Source of the DNA: Candidatus Poriferihabitaceae bacterium
GTDB taxonomy: Bacteria; Pseudomonadota; Gammaproteobacteria; Arenicellales; Poriferihabitantaceae
Assembly (NCBI GenBank): GCA_965249835.1
Contig: CBDFMY010000003.1
Coordinates: 1,249,979 to 1,313,978, forward strand
Direction: 5' to 3'
Length of the DNA stretch: 64,000 bases
The notes under the pieces were generated by a model. That model ran no database searches. It was not told where the DNA came from and saw nothing but the letters and a program-made list of their open reading frames with translations. The position numbers and the translations under genes are program-made. This document shows positions 40,994 through 50,106 of this stretch, one piece after another (position 1 is the first letter of the stretch; each line of letters begins with the position of its first letter).

Positions 40994-41230
40994 ATGTCTG
41001 AATCTTTCGACAGCATCAAGCGGGGTTTCACCGAAGCGGTTCGGTATTCCGCAGGCAAACGCGTGCAAGCGATTGTCCATGAGTCTGCACCGATTGATGT
41101 GAAAAACACTCGCGCTACTCTTAAAATAAGTCAAGTTGAATGTGGTGGCAAAAAAGCCAAAGGCGGTGCTGGATGCGCTTGCGCGGTGAGCCGGTGCAAA
41201 TCAAAACTCGCAAGAGAGACGTTTTTATGA
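40994..41230 (+). pseudogene. HigA/XRE-type antitoxin remnant (HTH core deleted)
   Basis: First 49 aa (MSESFDSIKRGFTEAVRYSAGKRV...IDVKNTRATLKISQVE) look authentic. The frame then breaks, and another frame reads KKPKAVLDALAR*, like an antitoxin C-terminus. Confidence 0.5.
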
Positions 41231-41367
41231 GTGGAAAAGTAATGAGTGCTTGGGATAGAGTGGAAATCACAACAGACATATACCTTGGCGATAGCAAAGA
41301 TCAACTGAAATCGCTTCCAAGCGATTCTGTCGATCTCATCATTACATCGTCCCTTAGGCAAGAGTAA
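41227..41367 (+). pseudogene. N-terminal fragment of a DNA methyltransferase
   Basis: IYLGDSKDQLKSLPSDSVDLIITS, then SLRQE* where motif IV (S/D)PPY is expected. Confidence 0.6.
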
Positions 41368-41392
41368 AGCGAATAGCGACCATTATTTTAGG

Positions 41393-42359
41393 ATGAACAT
41401 ACAAAATAAAAAGCCCGGAGTGAAAATGAGTTATGAAGGCAGGATGCTTGAGGATTACAATATGCCGGATCGTGATGAGGTTGCGAAGGTCTTGCTAATA
41501 ATGCTTTTTAGACATGGTGGCACAGTCAGAGAGTTTTCAATCGACGAAGCAGTAGTCACGGAAGTCGCTGACAATTTCGGCCTTACCAAAAATCAAAAAG
41601 ATGTTGTTCTTGAGAGAATTTACAAAAAAGAAAACAGAACTGTGCGAACACCTTTGTGGCACAGATTATTGTATAGGGCGGGCGATATATTAGCGAAAGA
41701 AAAATTGGTTACGCGCCCAACAAAAACTTTGAGGCTCACAAATAAAAGAGAATGAATGTTAACCGAGAAAGGATATGACAAGGCCTTGGATCTTCTAAAC
41801 ATTCCATCCGACTACAAATCTGAATTACCAATCAAGCCATATGAAGTCCAAAAAATAGTCGAAAGCATTTCTGCACAATTAAAACCAGAGAGTTATAATC
41901 CTTTCAATAAAAGAAAAAAAAACAAAAATCACAACGAAAAAATCTATTATGAGAAACAGAGGATTCAGACAAGCAATAATTAATGTTTATGATTACAAAT
42001 GTTGTGTTTGCGGGTTGAAGTTGCGTTCACCCGATAAATTACGATGGGAAGTGCAAGCCGCGCACATAGTTCCTCATAGATATTTTGGAAGAGACGATAT
42101 ATGGAATGGGTTGGCATTATGCCAATTGCATCATTGGGCTTTTGATGTAGGACTATTTAGTTGTGATGGGAATTTTAAAGTAGTGTCTTTAATGGAATCA
42201 CAATCCTTAGGAAGTGATTACGGTATGATATTTGGTTATGATTTTTTGGATCATTTAAAGTCTGGCAGATGTTTCTTGAAGTTGCCAAAAGCAGCAAAGC
42301 ATTATCCGGATATGGCTGCTATAAATTGGCACAGAACTAACATTTATAATGGCAGGTAA
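41393..42359 (+). pseudogene. winged-helix (Mrr_N-like) + HNH nuclease gene with an in-frame TGA and a frameshift
   Basis: ORFs 41393-41755 and 41756-41983 share a frame, separated only by TGA 41753-41755. ORF 41949-42359 (CCVCG...AAHIVP...NGLALCQLHHWAFD, HNH) is reached by removing one A from the A9 tract at 41914-41922. Confidence 0.65.
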
Positions 42360-42568
42360 TGGCCATCGGTATGGAAAATCACTTAATCAACCAACTAATC
42401 TACCAGTTAGATGAAGACGATGCGCAACAAGTTGCTATGGGAAGTCTCGGAAGATATCTTATTAAGAATGAATTGACCGCATTAAAAGATAAAATTTGCG
42501 AAAAGATAGATTGGCATGAAGCGATTGATTCTGCTATATCCGATATAACATCGTCCGAAGCGTCCTGA
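42359..42568 (+). CDS. hypothetical 69-aa acidic protein
   Basis: TAATG overlap with the HNH reading frame. AT-rich, no recognisable motif. Confidence 0.3.
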   Translation: MAIGMENHLINQLIYQLDEDDAQQVAMGSLGRYLIKNELTALKDKICEKIDWHEAIDSAISDITSSEAS

Positions 42569-42632
42569 AACGCGTGGAGCTTCGCTTCATCCAAAGTAAA
42601 TTAATATTCCTGAAATTCACCGAACCGAGCAG

Positions 42633-43790
42633 ATGAAAACCACCGAAACCACCCGCATTCTCACCGACCTCATTGCGCTGGATACCACCAGTCGTAATTC
42701 GAATCTGGTGTTGATCGAATACGCGCAGTCGTTGCTCGCCGACCATGGCGTTCAATCTGAATTGACTTTTGATGCCGAGAAAAACAAAGCCAATCTGTTC
42801 GCCACCCTCGGGCAGAGCGAGCAGCCCGGCATCGTGCTTTCCGGACATACCGATGTGGTGCCGGTGGACGGGCAGGATTGGCGCACCGACCCGTTTGCGG
42901 CGGAAGTGGTCGGCGACAAGTTATACGGTCGCGGCAGTTGCGACATGAAAGGATTCATCGCCATTTGTCTCGGGCATATCGACCGCATTCTCAAAGCCAA
43001 ACTAGACACACCGGTGCATTTTGCTTTTTCCTACGACGAGGAGGTGGGTTGCATCGGCGTCAATGGATTGCTCGCCGAACTCGCCAAACGCGAAGTGCAA
43101 CCTCGCGCCTGCATCATCGGCGAGCCGACCAGCATGGGCGTGGTGCGCGCGCACAAGGGAATGTTGTCCAAACACTGCCGGGTGCGCGGCAAGTCATCGC
43201 ATTCATCCTTGACCCACCACGGCGTCAATGCGGTCGCCATGGCGGCCAAAACCATCGCTTTCATCGACGCCATTGCCGAGCGCATCGCCCGCGAGGGGCC
43301 CTTTGATGCGGGCTTTGAGCCGCCCCACACGACCCTGCACACCGGCGTGATTCACGGCGGCACGGTCAACAACATCATTCCCAATAGATGCGAGTTTGAG
43401 TTTGAAATTCGCAACCTGCCGCAACATCCGCCGTTGCCGTTGTTTGAAGAAGTGGAGCGTTATGTCGAGGAAACCCTGATTCCGAAAATGCATGCGGTCA
43501 GTGCCGAGACCGGTTTTGACTGGGAGACCTCGTCGAATTATCCGGGCATGAACACCGATGCCGGCCATGCGGTGGTCGACATGGCATCCAAATTGCTGGG
43601 GGATGTCGGCGACCCCGGCAAGGTCAGTTACGGCACCGAAGGCGGGCTGTTCCAGAAGGCCGGCATTCCCACGGTAATTTGCGGTCCCGGCTCCATCGAA
43701 CAAGCACATAAGCCCGATGAGTATGTTGAACTCGCGCAACTTTCCAAAGGCGAGCAATTCATTTCTGATTTGATCGACTCATTGCGGTGA
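42633..43790 (+). CDS. argE: acetylornithine deacetylase (M20 family)
   Basis: LSGHTDVVPV, GRGSCDMKGF. 385 aa. Confidence 0.8.
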   Translation: MKTTETTRILTDLIALDTTSRNSNLVLIEYAQSLLADHGVQSELTFDAEKNKANLFATLGQSEQPGIVLSGHTDVVPVDGQDWRTDPFAAEVVGDKLYGRGSCDMKGFIAICLGHIDRILKAKLDTPVHFAFSYDEEVGCIGVNGLLAELAKREVQPRACIIGEPTSMGVVRAHKGMLSKHCRVRGKSSHSSLTHHGVNAVAMAAKTIAFIDAIAERIAREGPFDAGFEPPHTTLHTGVIHGGTVNNIIPNRCEFEFEIRNLPQHPPLPLFEEVERYVEETLIPKMHAVSAETGFDWETSSNYPGMNTDAGHAVVDMASKLLGDVGDPGKVSYGTEGGLFQKAGIPTVICGPGSIEQAHKPDEYVELAQLSKGEQFISDLIDSLR

Positions 43791-45079
43791 CCATTTATCT
43801 TGGCCTCGGTGCCAACCACGGAGACCGCAAACACAACCTGGAGCGCGCCATCTGCGAGTTGGTGGCTGCCGGGTTTCGCTTGCAACGGGTTTCCCCGCTA
43901 GTCGAATCGCCCGCCTTGCTGCCGCCGGAGGCCGACCCGGCGTGGCACAAACCCTATCTCAACCTCGTCATCAGTGGCGATGCCGACTGGCAGCCGCATG
44001 CGGGCTTGGCAATCGCCAAACAAATCGAGTGCGCGCTTGGTCGTGGTAGCGGCGCACGGTGGTCACCGCGCCCGATTGATATTGACCTGTTGCATTGGCA
44101 TGACCACAAAACCATCTCCGGCAAGTTGACCCTGCCCCACGCCGATGCCCGTCGCCGGGATTTCGTGCTGACGCCGCTTTTGCACTTGCAAGCGGATTTG
44201 CCGGTGGGCGAAAACGGCGAGAGCGTATTTGAACTAACCCAAACCATCCGCCCCATTCCACTGTGGATGGCAATCGTCAACCTGACTCCGGATTCATTTT
44301 CCGACGACGGCAGTTGGCGCAACAAAGAAGAGGCCGATGCACTCGACGCCTATCTCGACAAACTCATCGAGCGCAATGTGCACATCATAGATATCGGCGC
44401 GGAATCCACCCGCCCCGGCGCCCGCCCCCTCAGCCCGGCTGAGGAATGGTTGCGCCTAGAGTCGGTGCTCGGCAACGTCGCCGATAGATTGCATGGCAAA
44501 CACATCAAGCCGTGGTTGTCGATAGACAGCCGCCATCCGGCAACCATTGAAAAAGCGTTGCGCTACGGCGTGGATATCATCAACGATGTGACCGGCCTTG
44601 CCGACCCGGAAATGATGGCAGTGGTGAGACAAAACGGTTGTCAGGTGGTGGCAATGCACAGCATGAGTGTGCCGGTGGAACCGGCGTTGACATTGCCCGA
44701 TGAGCGCGGCGCGGTGGAGCAGATGGTGGAGTGGGCGGAGAAAAAAATGGAAATCTGGGCGAAGGCCGGTCTCGACTTCAACCGCATCATTCTTGACCCC
44801 GGCATCGGTTTCGGCAAATCCGCCATTCAAGCCTTTGACCTGCTTTCCCACTGCCGGGAACTTCGGCAAGGTGGCTTGCGGCTACTCATTGGCCATTCAC
44901 GAAAATCCTTCATGAGCGGCTTGACCGACCGCCGCGCCGCGCAACGCGACCTGGAAACGCTGGGGATGTCGCTGGCGTTATGCCAGCAGGGGGTGGATAT
45001 TATTCGCGTACATTCGCCATTCATCCACCAACGCGCCGCCCTCGCCTGGGCGCATATCGCTGCCCTCCCGCACAATTGA
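43787..45079 (+). CDS. folK-folP: fused HPPK (FolK) - dihydropteroate synthase (FolP)
   Basis: N-terminal IYLGLGANHGDR...PRPIDIDLL (HPPK). C-terminal MAIVNLTPDSFSDDG...IIDIGAESTRPGA (DHPS). Confidence 0.85.
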   Translation: MTIYLGLGANHGDRKHNLERAICELVAAGFRLQRVSPLVESPALLPPEADPAWHKPYLNLVISGDADWQPHAGLAIAKQIECALGRGSGARWSPRPIDIDLLHWHDHKTISGKLTLPHADARRRDFVLTPLLHLQADLPVGENGESVFELTQTIRPIPLWMAIVNLTPDSFSDDGSWRNKEEADALDAYLDKLIERNVHIIDIGAESTRPGARPLSPAEEWLRLESVLGNVADRLHGKHIKPWLSIDSRHPATIEKALRYGVDIINDVTGLADPEMMAVVRQNGCQVVAMHSMSVPVEPALTLPDERGAVEQMVEWAEKKMEIWAKAGLDFNRIILDPGIGFGKSAIQAFDLLSHCRELRQGGLRLLIGHSRKSFMSGLTDRRAAQRDLETLGMSLALCQQGVDIIRVHSPFIHQRAALAWAHIAALPHN

Positions 45080-45353
45080 GCCATTGCGCTTGCCTTTTAT
45101 TCTCGTTTACTTTTGGCGTCTCAAAGAGAGTCACACTTTGCGATTCACCATTGCCTATCATTTGTCATCCTCGCCGGCAGGCGGGGATCCAGACGCGGCG
45201 AAGCCGCGCAAATGGCGGCGGCTTCGCCGCCGGTTTTTCGAGCCAGAATAACGAGACGAAAAGCGTGTTGTCCGGCGTAGCCGGACTATTAGCGATGTCA
45301 CGCGTAGCGTGACTCATTTGCGGCGAAGCCGAACTCCTTATAATCCAGACAAA

Positions 45354-45480
45354 CATTGCGCGCCGCATTTTCGTTGTCAGGCAAGGCGCGCGAGGAGCGA
45401 GGGAGGGAGCATACATTAAGTATGTGAGCGACCGAGAGACGATGCGCAACACCGCATGGCGACGAAAAGGCAAGCGCAAT
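45354..45480 (-). repeat. family-B MITE-like element (reverse orientation)
   Basis: Reverse complement matches CGCCATG...CTTAATGTATGCTCCC...GCGCGCCTTGCCTGACAACGAAAATGCGGCGCGCAATG. Confidence 0.8.
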
Positions 45481-45799
45481 GACGGCAAGGCGATGGTGCT
45501 TGTTGCTTACTAATGTATGAGCGCGTCCCGGCGGCTACGCCACTCTGGATCCCCGCCTGCTGGCGAGGATGACGAATACTGATTCTTTCGTTGCCACGCT
45601 CACAGCCAGAGCGTGCAGGGACGCACGCTGGCGCGTGGAAACAGGATGTTTCCTCCTGCGATGGGGGGGGCGCGGGGGTATCTCCCCCGCAAAGCGCGAG
45701 CACGCGCAAGCTGAACCTTTGCATATCAGCCACAGGTTACTCGGCGGCGTAAGCCGCCGCCATCGCCCGTCGCACACCACTGTCATTTGCGGCGGAGCC

Positions 45800-45884
45800 A
45801 CGCAAATGCCTTGGCATGAAAACACCAAATCAGGCATTATTCGGCATAAGTTGCACTTCGGGGTTGAATCCAAGGACTTATACA
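45800..45884 (+). mobile_element. IS30-family 3' stub, second copy
   Basis: CGCAAATGCCTTGGCATGAAAACACCAAATCAGGCATTATTCGGCATAAGTTGCACTTCGGGGTTGAATCCAAGGACTTATAC. Ends 66 bp upstream of rpmH. Confidence 0.7.
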
Positions 45885-45949
45885 TTGACTTGAATTGTCT
45901 CGCTAAACAGGTTAAATTCCCCGCTTTTTAAGGTCTTTGCACTGACACC

Positions 45950-46084
45950 ATGAAACGCACCTTCCAGCCCAGCATACTGAAGCGCAAGCGAACCCACGGT
46001 TTTCGCGAGCGGATGCGCACCCGCGCCGGGCGCGCGGTCATCAATGCTCGTCGCGCCAAACGCCGGGCGCGCCTGAGCGCCTGA
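45950..46084 (+). CDS. rpmH: 50S ribosomal protein L34
   Basis: [44 protein letters not shown]. Too short for the ORF track. Confidence 0.95.
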   Translation: MKRTFQPSILKRKRTHGFRERMRTRAGRAVINARRAKRRARLSA

Positions 46085-46098
46085 GCACGCCTCCGGGG

Positions 46099-46491
46099 TT
46101 GTCTGAATCGCCCGACCCTGTGCCCGTGGCGGCGGGTTTCAGTCGTTGCCTGAGGTTGGTGGACGGCAAGCAGTTCAGCGCGGTTTTCGATCACAAAAGG
46201 CGGTTGCACGGAGCGTGTTTCAATATTCATGTCGCCCCCAACCGACTGCCCCACGCCCGCATCGGGTTGGCGGTGTCGCGGCGGGTCAGTAAAAAAGCGG
46301 TCGAGCGCAATCGCATCAAGCGCATCATCCGCGAATCGTTTCGTCGCCACCAGCGCGACCTCGGCGCGATTGATTATGTGGTAATCGCCAGAGTCGGTGC
46401 CGCCGATCGGGTTGGCAAGCCGAACCGCGTGCTACGCTCGGAACTGGATGAGTTATGGGGCAAAGCCGGCCAAAAGTGTCGCCCGAAATGA
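46099..46491 (+). CDS. rnpA: RNase P protein component
   Basis: [12 protein letters not shown]...[22 protein letters not shown]. Start uncertain (TTG 46099, or GTG 46120/46126). Confidence 0.85.
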   Translation: MSESPDPVPVAAGFSRCLRLVDGKQFSAVFDHKRRLHGACFNIHVAPNRLPHARIGLAVSRRVSKKAVERNRIKRIIRESFRRHQRDLGAIDYVVIARVGAADRVGKPNRVLRSELDELWGKAGQKCRPK

Positions 46492-46538
46492 AACACCCCA
46501 TACTAAAACAACCTAAAACAAACCCAAAACAAACAACG

Positions 46539-46775
46539 ATGAAACGCCCGATACTACTGCTTATCAAAGCCTACCAACTGACGCTGAGTCCGTATCTCGG
46601 TCGCTGTTGTCGTTTTCATCCCAGTTGCTCGGCCTACGCGTTGGAAGCGGTCGAACGCCACGGCGCGCTCAAGGGCAGTTGGCTGGCACTCAAGCGCATC
46701 GGTCGATGCCACCCGTGGCGCGAAGGCGGCGAAGACCCGGTGCCGCCGGTTGTTCGGCAACCGAAAACAATTTAG
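46539..46775 (+). CDS. yidD: membrane protein insertion efficiency factor YidD
   Basis: [35 protein letters not shown]...RCHPW. Confidence 0.9.
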   Translation: MKRPILLLIKAYQLTLSPYLGRCCRFHPSCSAYALEAVERHGALKGSWLALKRIGRCHPWREGGEDPVPPVVRQPKTI

Positions 46776-46786
46776 CGGCACATTAC

Positions 46787-48493
46787 ATGTTTAATATGGA
46801 AATCCAGCGGATGATCTTGTTCGGTGCCCTCGGCCTGGTGCTGATTATGCTCTGGCAGTCGTGGGTGGAATTTCAGCAGCAAACCACCGCCGCCAACGAC
46901 CCGGCCGCGGGTTCCGGTTTGAACCAGCGCACCGAAGTTGCCGGCACCGCTTCCGGTTCCCGAGTTGGTGATGTTCCCGAAGCCCCGGCATTGTCGGTGC
47001 CATCTGCGAATACCGACCCAACCATCGAAGCGGTCGCCACGCAGGTTTCGGCTACCGATGGCCGGTTGATCAACGTCGCTACCGATTTGATGCGCGTCCA
47101 GATTGATCCACGTGGTGGCGATCTGGTACGGGTGGAATTGCTGCGTCATCCGGTGAGCGTTGATCGGCCGGATGAACCGTTCGTATTAATGCACCGCGAT
47201 GACGGCGGCTTGTTTATCGCCCAGAGCGGACTCATCGGCGCCGACCGTAAGTATCCAGACCACGGCGTGACCTATTCGGTTTCCGCTTTGGATTACGACC
47301 TCGGCGACCACGAGCAAATGGAAGTCGTCCTTGACTGGCGTGCGCCGGACGGAGTCGCCTATCAAAAAGTATTCCACTTCCGGCGCAACGCCTACCGCAT
47401 CGAAGTGGACTTCCGCGTAGACAACCAAAGCCCCGAGCCGTGGACTGGTTTTGTGTATGGCCAGTTGAAGCAGACCGAAATCGTTCAGCAAGGTTCCATG
47501 GGTTTTCTTGGCCGTCTGCCAAGTTATAACGGCGCGGCGGTCTACACCGCCGAAGACAACTACGAAAAAATTACCTACGACGACATGCGCGAGGAACCGC
47601 TTAATCTTTCCACCGAATCCGGCTGGGTTTCCATGATGCAACATTACTTCGTGGCGGCGTGGTTGCCCTCCGACTCCGAGCGCTATCAATTTTTCTCCGG
47701 TGTTGCCGATACCGCATCCAATCCCCAATATCGCATCGGTTATAAAACCACGCAACCGGTGCGAATCGGCGGCGGCGAGGAAGGCGTAATTCGCACGGTG
47801 TTGTTCGTTGGACCCAAAGAGCAAAAACGCCTGAGCCAACAGCAAGCCGAAGGGTTGCTCCTGGCGGTGGACTACGGCTGGCTGACGCCCATCGCCGACC
47901 CGTTGTTCTGGCTGCTGAGCAAAATTCATGACGTGGTCGGCAACTGGGGCTGGGCGATCATTTTGCTGACCCTGCTGGTCAAGGCGGTTTTCTATCCGCT
48001 GTCCGCCACCAGTTACAAGTCCATGGCGAAAATGAAAAAACTGCAGCCGCGTTTGAAAACCCTCAAGGAGCGTTACGGCGACGACAAGCAGAAGTTCCAG
48101 CAAGAAATGATGAAGTTGTATAAAGCCGAAAAGGTAAATCCGGCCGGCGGCTGCTTGCCGATTCTGGTGCAGATTCCGGTGTTCATCGCGTTGTATTGGG
48201 TGCTGCTCGAGAGCGTGGAATTGCGTCAGGCGGACTTCATGTTCTGGCTAAAAGATTTGTCCATACCCGACCCGTATTTTGTCCTGCCGTTGATCATGGG
48301 CGCCTCAATGCTGGCGCAATACTTTCTCAACCCGGCACCGGTAGACCCGCTGCAAAAGAAAATCATGATGGCCATGCCCATCGTTTTCACGGTGTTCTTC
48401 CTGTGGTTTCCCGCCGGGCTGGTGTTGTATTGGGTGGTGAACAATCTGCTTTCCATTACGCAGCAATATTATATTTCCAGAAAATACACTTGA
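46787..48493 (+). CDS. yidC: membrane protein insertase YidC
   Basis: N-terminal TM MEIQRMILFGALGLVL, periplasmic domain, C-terminal YPLSATSYKSMAKMKKLQP...NPAGGCLPILVQIPVF. Confidence 0.9.
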   Translation: MFNMEIQRMILFGALGLVLIMLWQSWVEFQQQTTAANDPAAGSGLNQRTEVAGTASGSRVGDVPEAPALSVPSANTDPTIEAVATQVSATDGRLINVATDLMRVQIDPRGGDLVRVELLRHPVSVDRPDEPFVLMHRDDGGLFIAQSGLIGADRKYPDHGVTYSVSALDYDLGDHEQMEVVLDWRAPDGVAYQKVFHFRRNAYRIEVDFRVDNQSPEPWTGFVYGQLKQTEIVQQGSMGFLGRLPSYNGAAVYTAEDNYEKITYDDMREEPLNLSTESGWVSMMQHYFVAAWLPSDSERYQFFSGVADTASNPQYRIGYKTTQPVRIGGGEEGVIRTVLFVGPKEQKRLSQQQAEGLLLAVDYGWLTPIADPLFWLLSKIHDVVGNWGWAIILLTLLVKAVFYPLSATSYKSMAKMKKLQPRLKTLKERYGDDKQKFQQEMMKLYKAEKVNPAGGCLPILVQIPVFIALYWVLLESVELRQADFMFWLKDLSIPDPYFVLPLIMGASMLAQYFLNPAPVDPLQKKIMMAMPIVFTVFFLWFPAGLVLYWVVNNLLSITQQYYISRKYT

Positions 48494-48494
48494 G

Positions 48495-48605
48495 CTTGTC
48501 TTTTCGTCGCCATGCTTCGTCGCGTTGTTGCTTATCCGCTTAATGTAGGCGCGCGTCACCGCTCCTCGCGCGCCTTGCCTAACGAAACATATGCGGCGCG
48601 CAATG
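48495..48605 (+). repeat. family-B MITE-like element
   Basis: GCTTGTCTTTTCGTCGCCATG...CTTAATGTAGGCGCGCGTCACCGCTCCTCGCGCGCCTTGCCTAACGAAA...GCGGCGCGCAATG. Confidence 0.8.
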
Positions 48606-48673
48606 TTTGTCCGGATTGTCCGGTCAACCCGGATTAATGACGAGTGGAGAGAAATCACCTGAGTGCAATGGGA

Positions 48674-50023
48674 ATGAATGTATCTGACGACATCGTGGCT
48701 GTGGCAACGCCGCCGGGGCGGGGCGCCATCAGTATCGTGCGACTGACCGGCTCCGGTATTCCGGCGTTGTGCAACACACTAACCGGCGCATTGCCCGAAC
48801 CGCGTTACGCCGCATTGTGCGACTTTGTTGCGGCGGACGGCACCGCCATTGACCGCGGACTCGTGCTTTATTTCCCCGCGCCGCACAGTTACACCGGCGA
48901 ACACGCGTTGGAACTGCACGGCCACGGCAGCCCGGTGGTAATGAAAATGTTGCTTCGCCGGTGCCTCGAATTGGGCGCACGGCTGGCGCGCCCCGGCGAA
49001 TTCAGCGAACGCGCATTTTTGAATGGCCGCCTCGACTTGACGCAAGCCGAAGCCGTCGCCGACTTGATCGCCGGAGGCACCGAATCCGCCGCACGCTCGG
49101 CCATGAACTCGTTGCAGGGCGCATTCTCATCCCGCATTGATGAACTGGTGGTTGACCTCACCGAACTGCGGATACTGGTGGAAGCGGCCATCGACTTCCC
49201 CGAAGAAAGCGTGGACCACGCCAAAGACGCCTTTGCCGACGAGCGCATCCACGAACGCCTTAATCGATTGCGAAAACGTTTCGACGAATTGCGCGCATCC
49301 GCCCACCGCGGGAAACTCCTGCGAGACGGACTCAAAGTTGTGCTCACCGGGCCACCCAATGCCGGCAAGTCCAGTATCTTGAACGCGCTGTCCCAACAAC
49401 AACGCGCCATCGTCAGCACCATTCCCGGCACCACCCGCGACTTGCTGGAACAGGTCATCGAAATAGACGGCTTGCCTTTGGAAATTACCGACACCGCCGG
49501 CATCCGCGACAGCACCGATGAAATCGAAATTGAAGGCGTGCGCCGTGCGCGTGATGCACAACGGCGTGCGGATTTAATTTTGCTGGTGATTGACGACTCC
49601 GCTACCACCGAACAGGAAGCGGCGCAGTTGTTGCAACAAACTAGCGGCGGCGCGTGCGTTTGTTTGGTGCGCAATAAAATCGACCTGAGCGGACGAAGCG
49701 CGGGTGCCGACGAGCACGGCGTAGCGTTGTCGGCGCTTAGCGGCGAGGGCATGAACGAACTGGCCGAGCGGATCAAACATCACGCCGGATTTCGCCACAG
49801 CGAAGATAGCCCGTTCATCGCCCGCCAACGCCATCTCGACGCCTTGCAACGCGCCACCGCCAGTTTGGAGGCCGGCATCAAGCAATTCACCGCTCATCAC
49901 GCCGGCGAACTCCTCGCCGAAGAACTCGGCGCCTGCCAACGCGTCCTCGGAGAAATCACCGGCACCGTCACCAGCGACGACTTGCTCGGTTTGATATTTG
50001 CTTCGTTTTGTATTGGCAAATAA
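48674..50023 (+). CDS. mnmE: tRNA modification GTPase MnmE
   Basis: DDIVAVATPPGRGAISIVRLTG, GPPNAGKSS, DTAGIR, C-terminal FCIGK. Confidence 0.9.
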   Translation: MNVSDDIVAVATPPGRGAISIVRLTGSGIPALCNTLTGALPEPRYAALCDFVAADGTAIDRGLVLYFPAPHSYTGEHALELHGHGSPVVMKMLLRRCLELGARLARPGEFSERAFLNGRLDLTQAEAVADLIAGGTESAARSAMNSLQGAFSSRIDELVVDLTELRILVEAAIDFPEESVDHAKDAFADERIHERLNRLRKRFDELRASAHRGKLLRDGLKVVLTGPPNAGKSSILNALSQQQRAIVSTIPGTTRDLLEQVIEIDGLPLEITDTAGIRDSTDEIEIEGVRRARDAQRRADLILLVIDDSATTEQEAAQLLQQTSGGACVCLVRNKIDLSGRSAGADEHGVALSALSGEGMNELAERIKHHAGFRHSEDSPFIARQRHLDALQRATASLEAGIKQFTAHHAGELLAEELGACQRVLGEITGTVTSDDLLGLIFASFCIGK

Positions 50024-50106
50024 ACAAATTCCTCGGCAGTTGCGGCTATAATCCCCCCCCCGACCATCACCTTTATATTTCTGCCCGCCCGGCAGTCTTA
50101 TCCGAA

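Noticed and set aside
41753-41755. TGA read as Trp (alternative genetic code) in the winged-helix-HNH gene.
   Set aside because: Many well-supported genes in the window terminate at TGA (qmoB, ftsI, rpmH, yraN and others). A nonsense mutation is the simpler explanation.
41756-41983. 75-aa ORF as a separate gene translationally coupled (TGAATG) to 41393-41755.
   Set aside because: The winged-helix-like motif (…KRE[W]MLTEKG…) spans the stop. The ORF also needs the A9 frameshift to reach the HNH domain, so one disrupted gene is the better explanation. The coupled two-gene alternative is not fully excluded.
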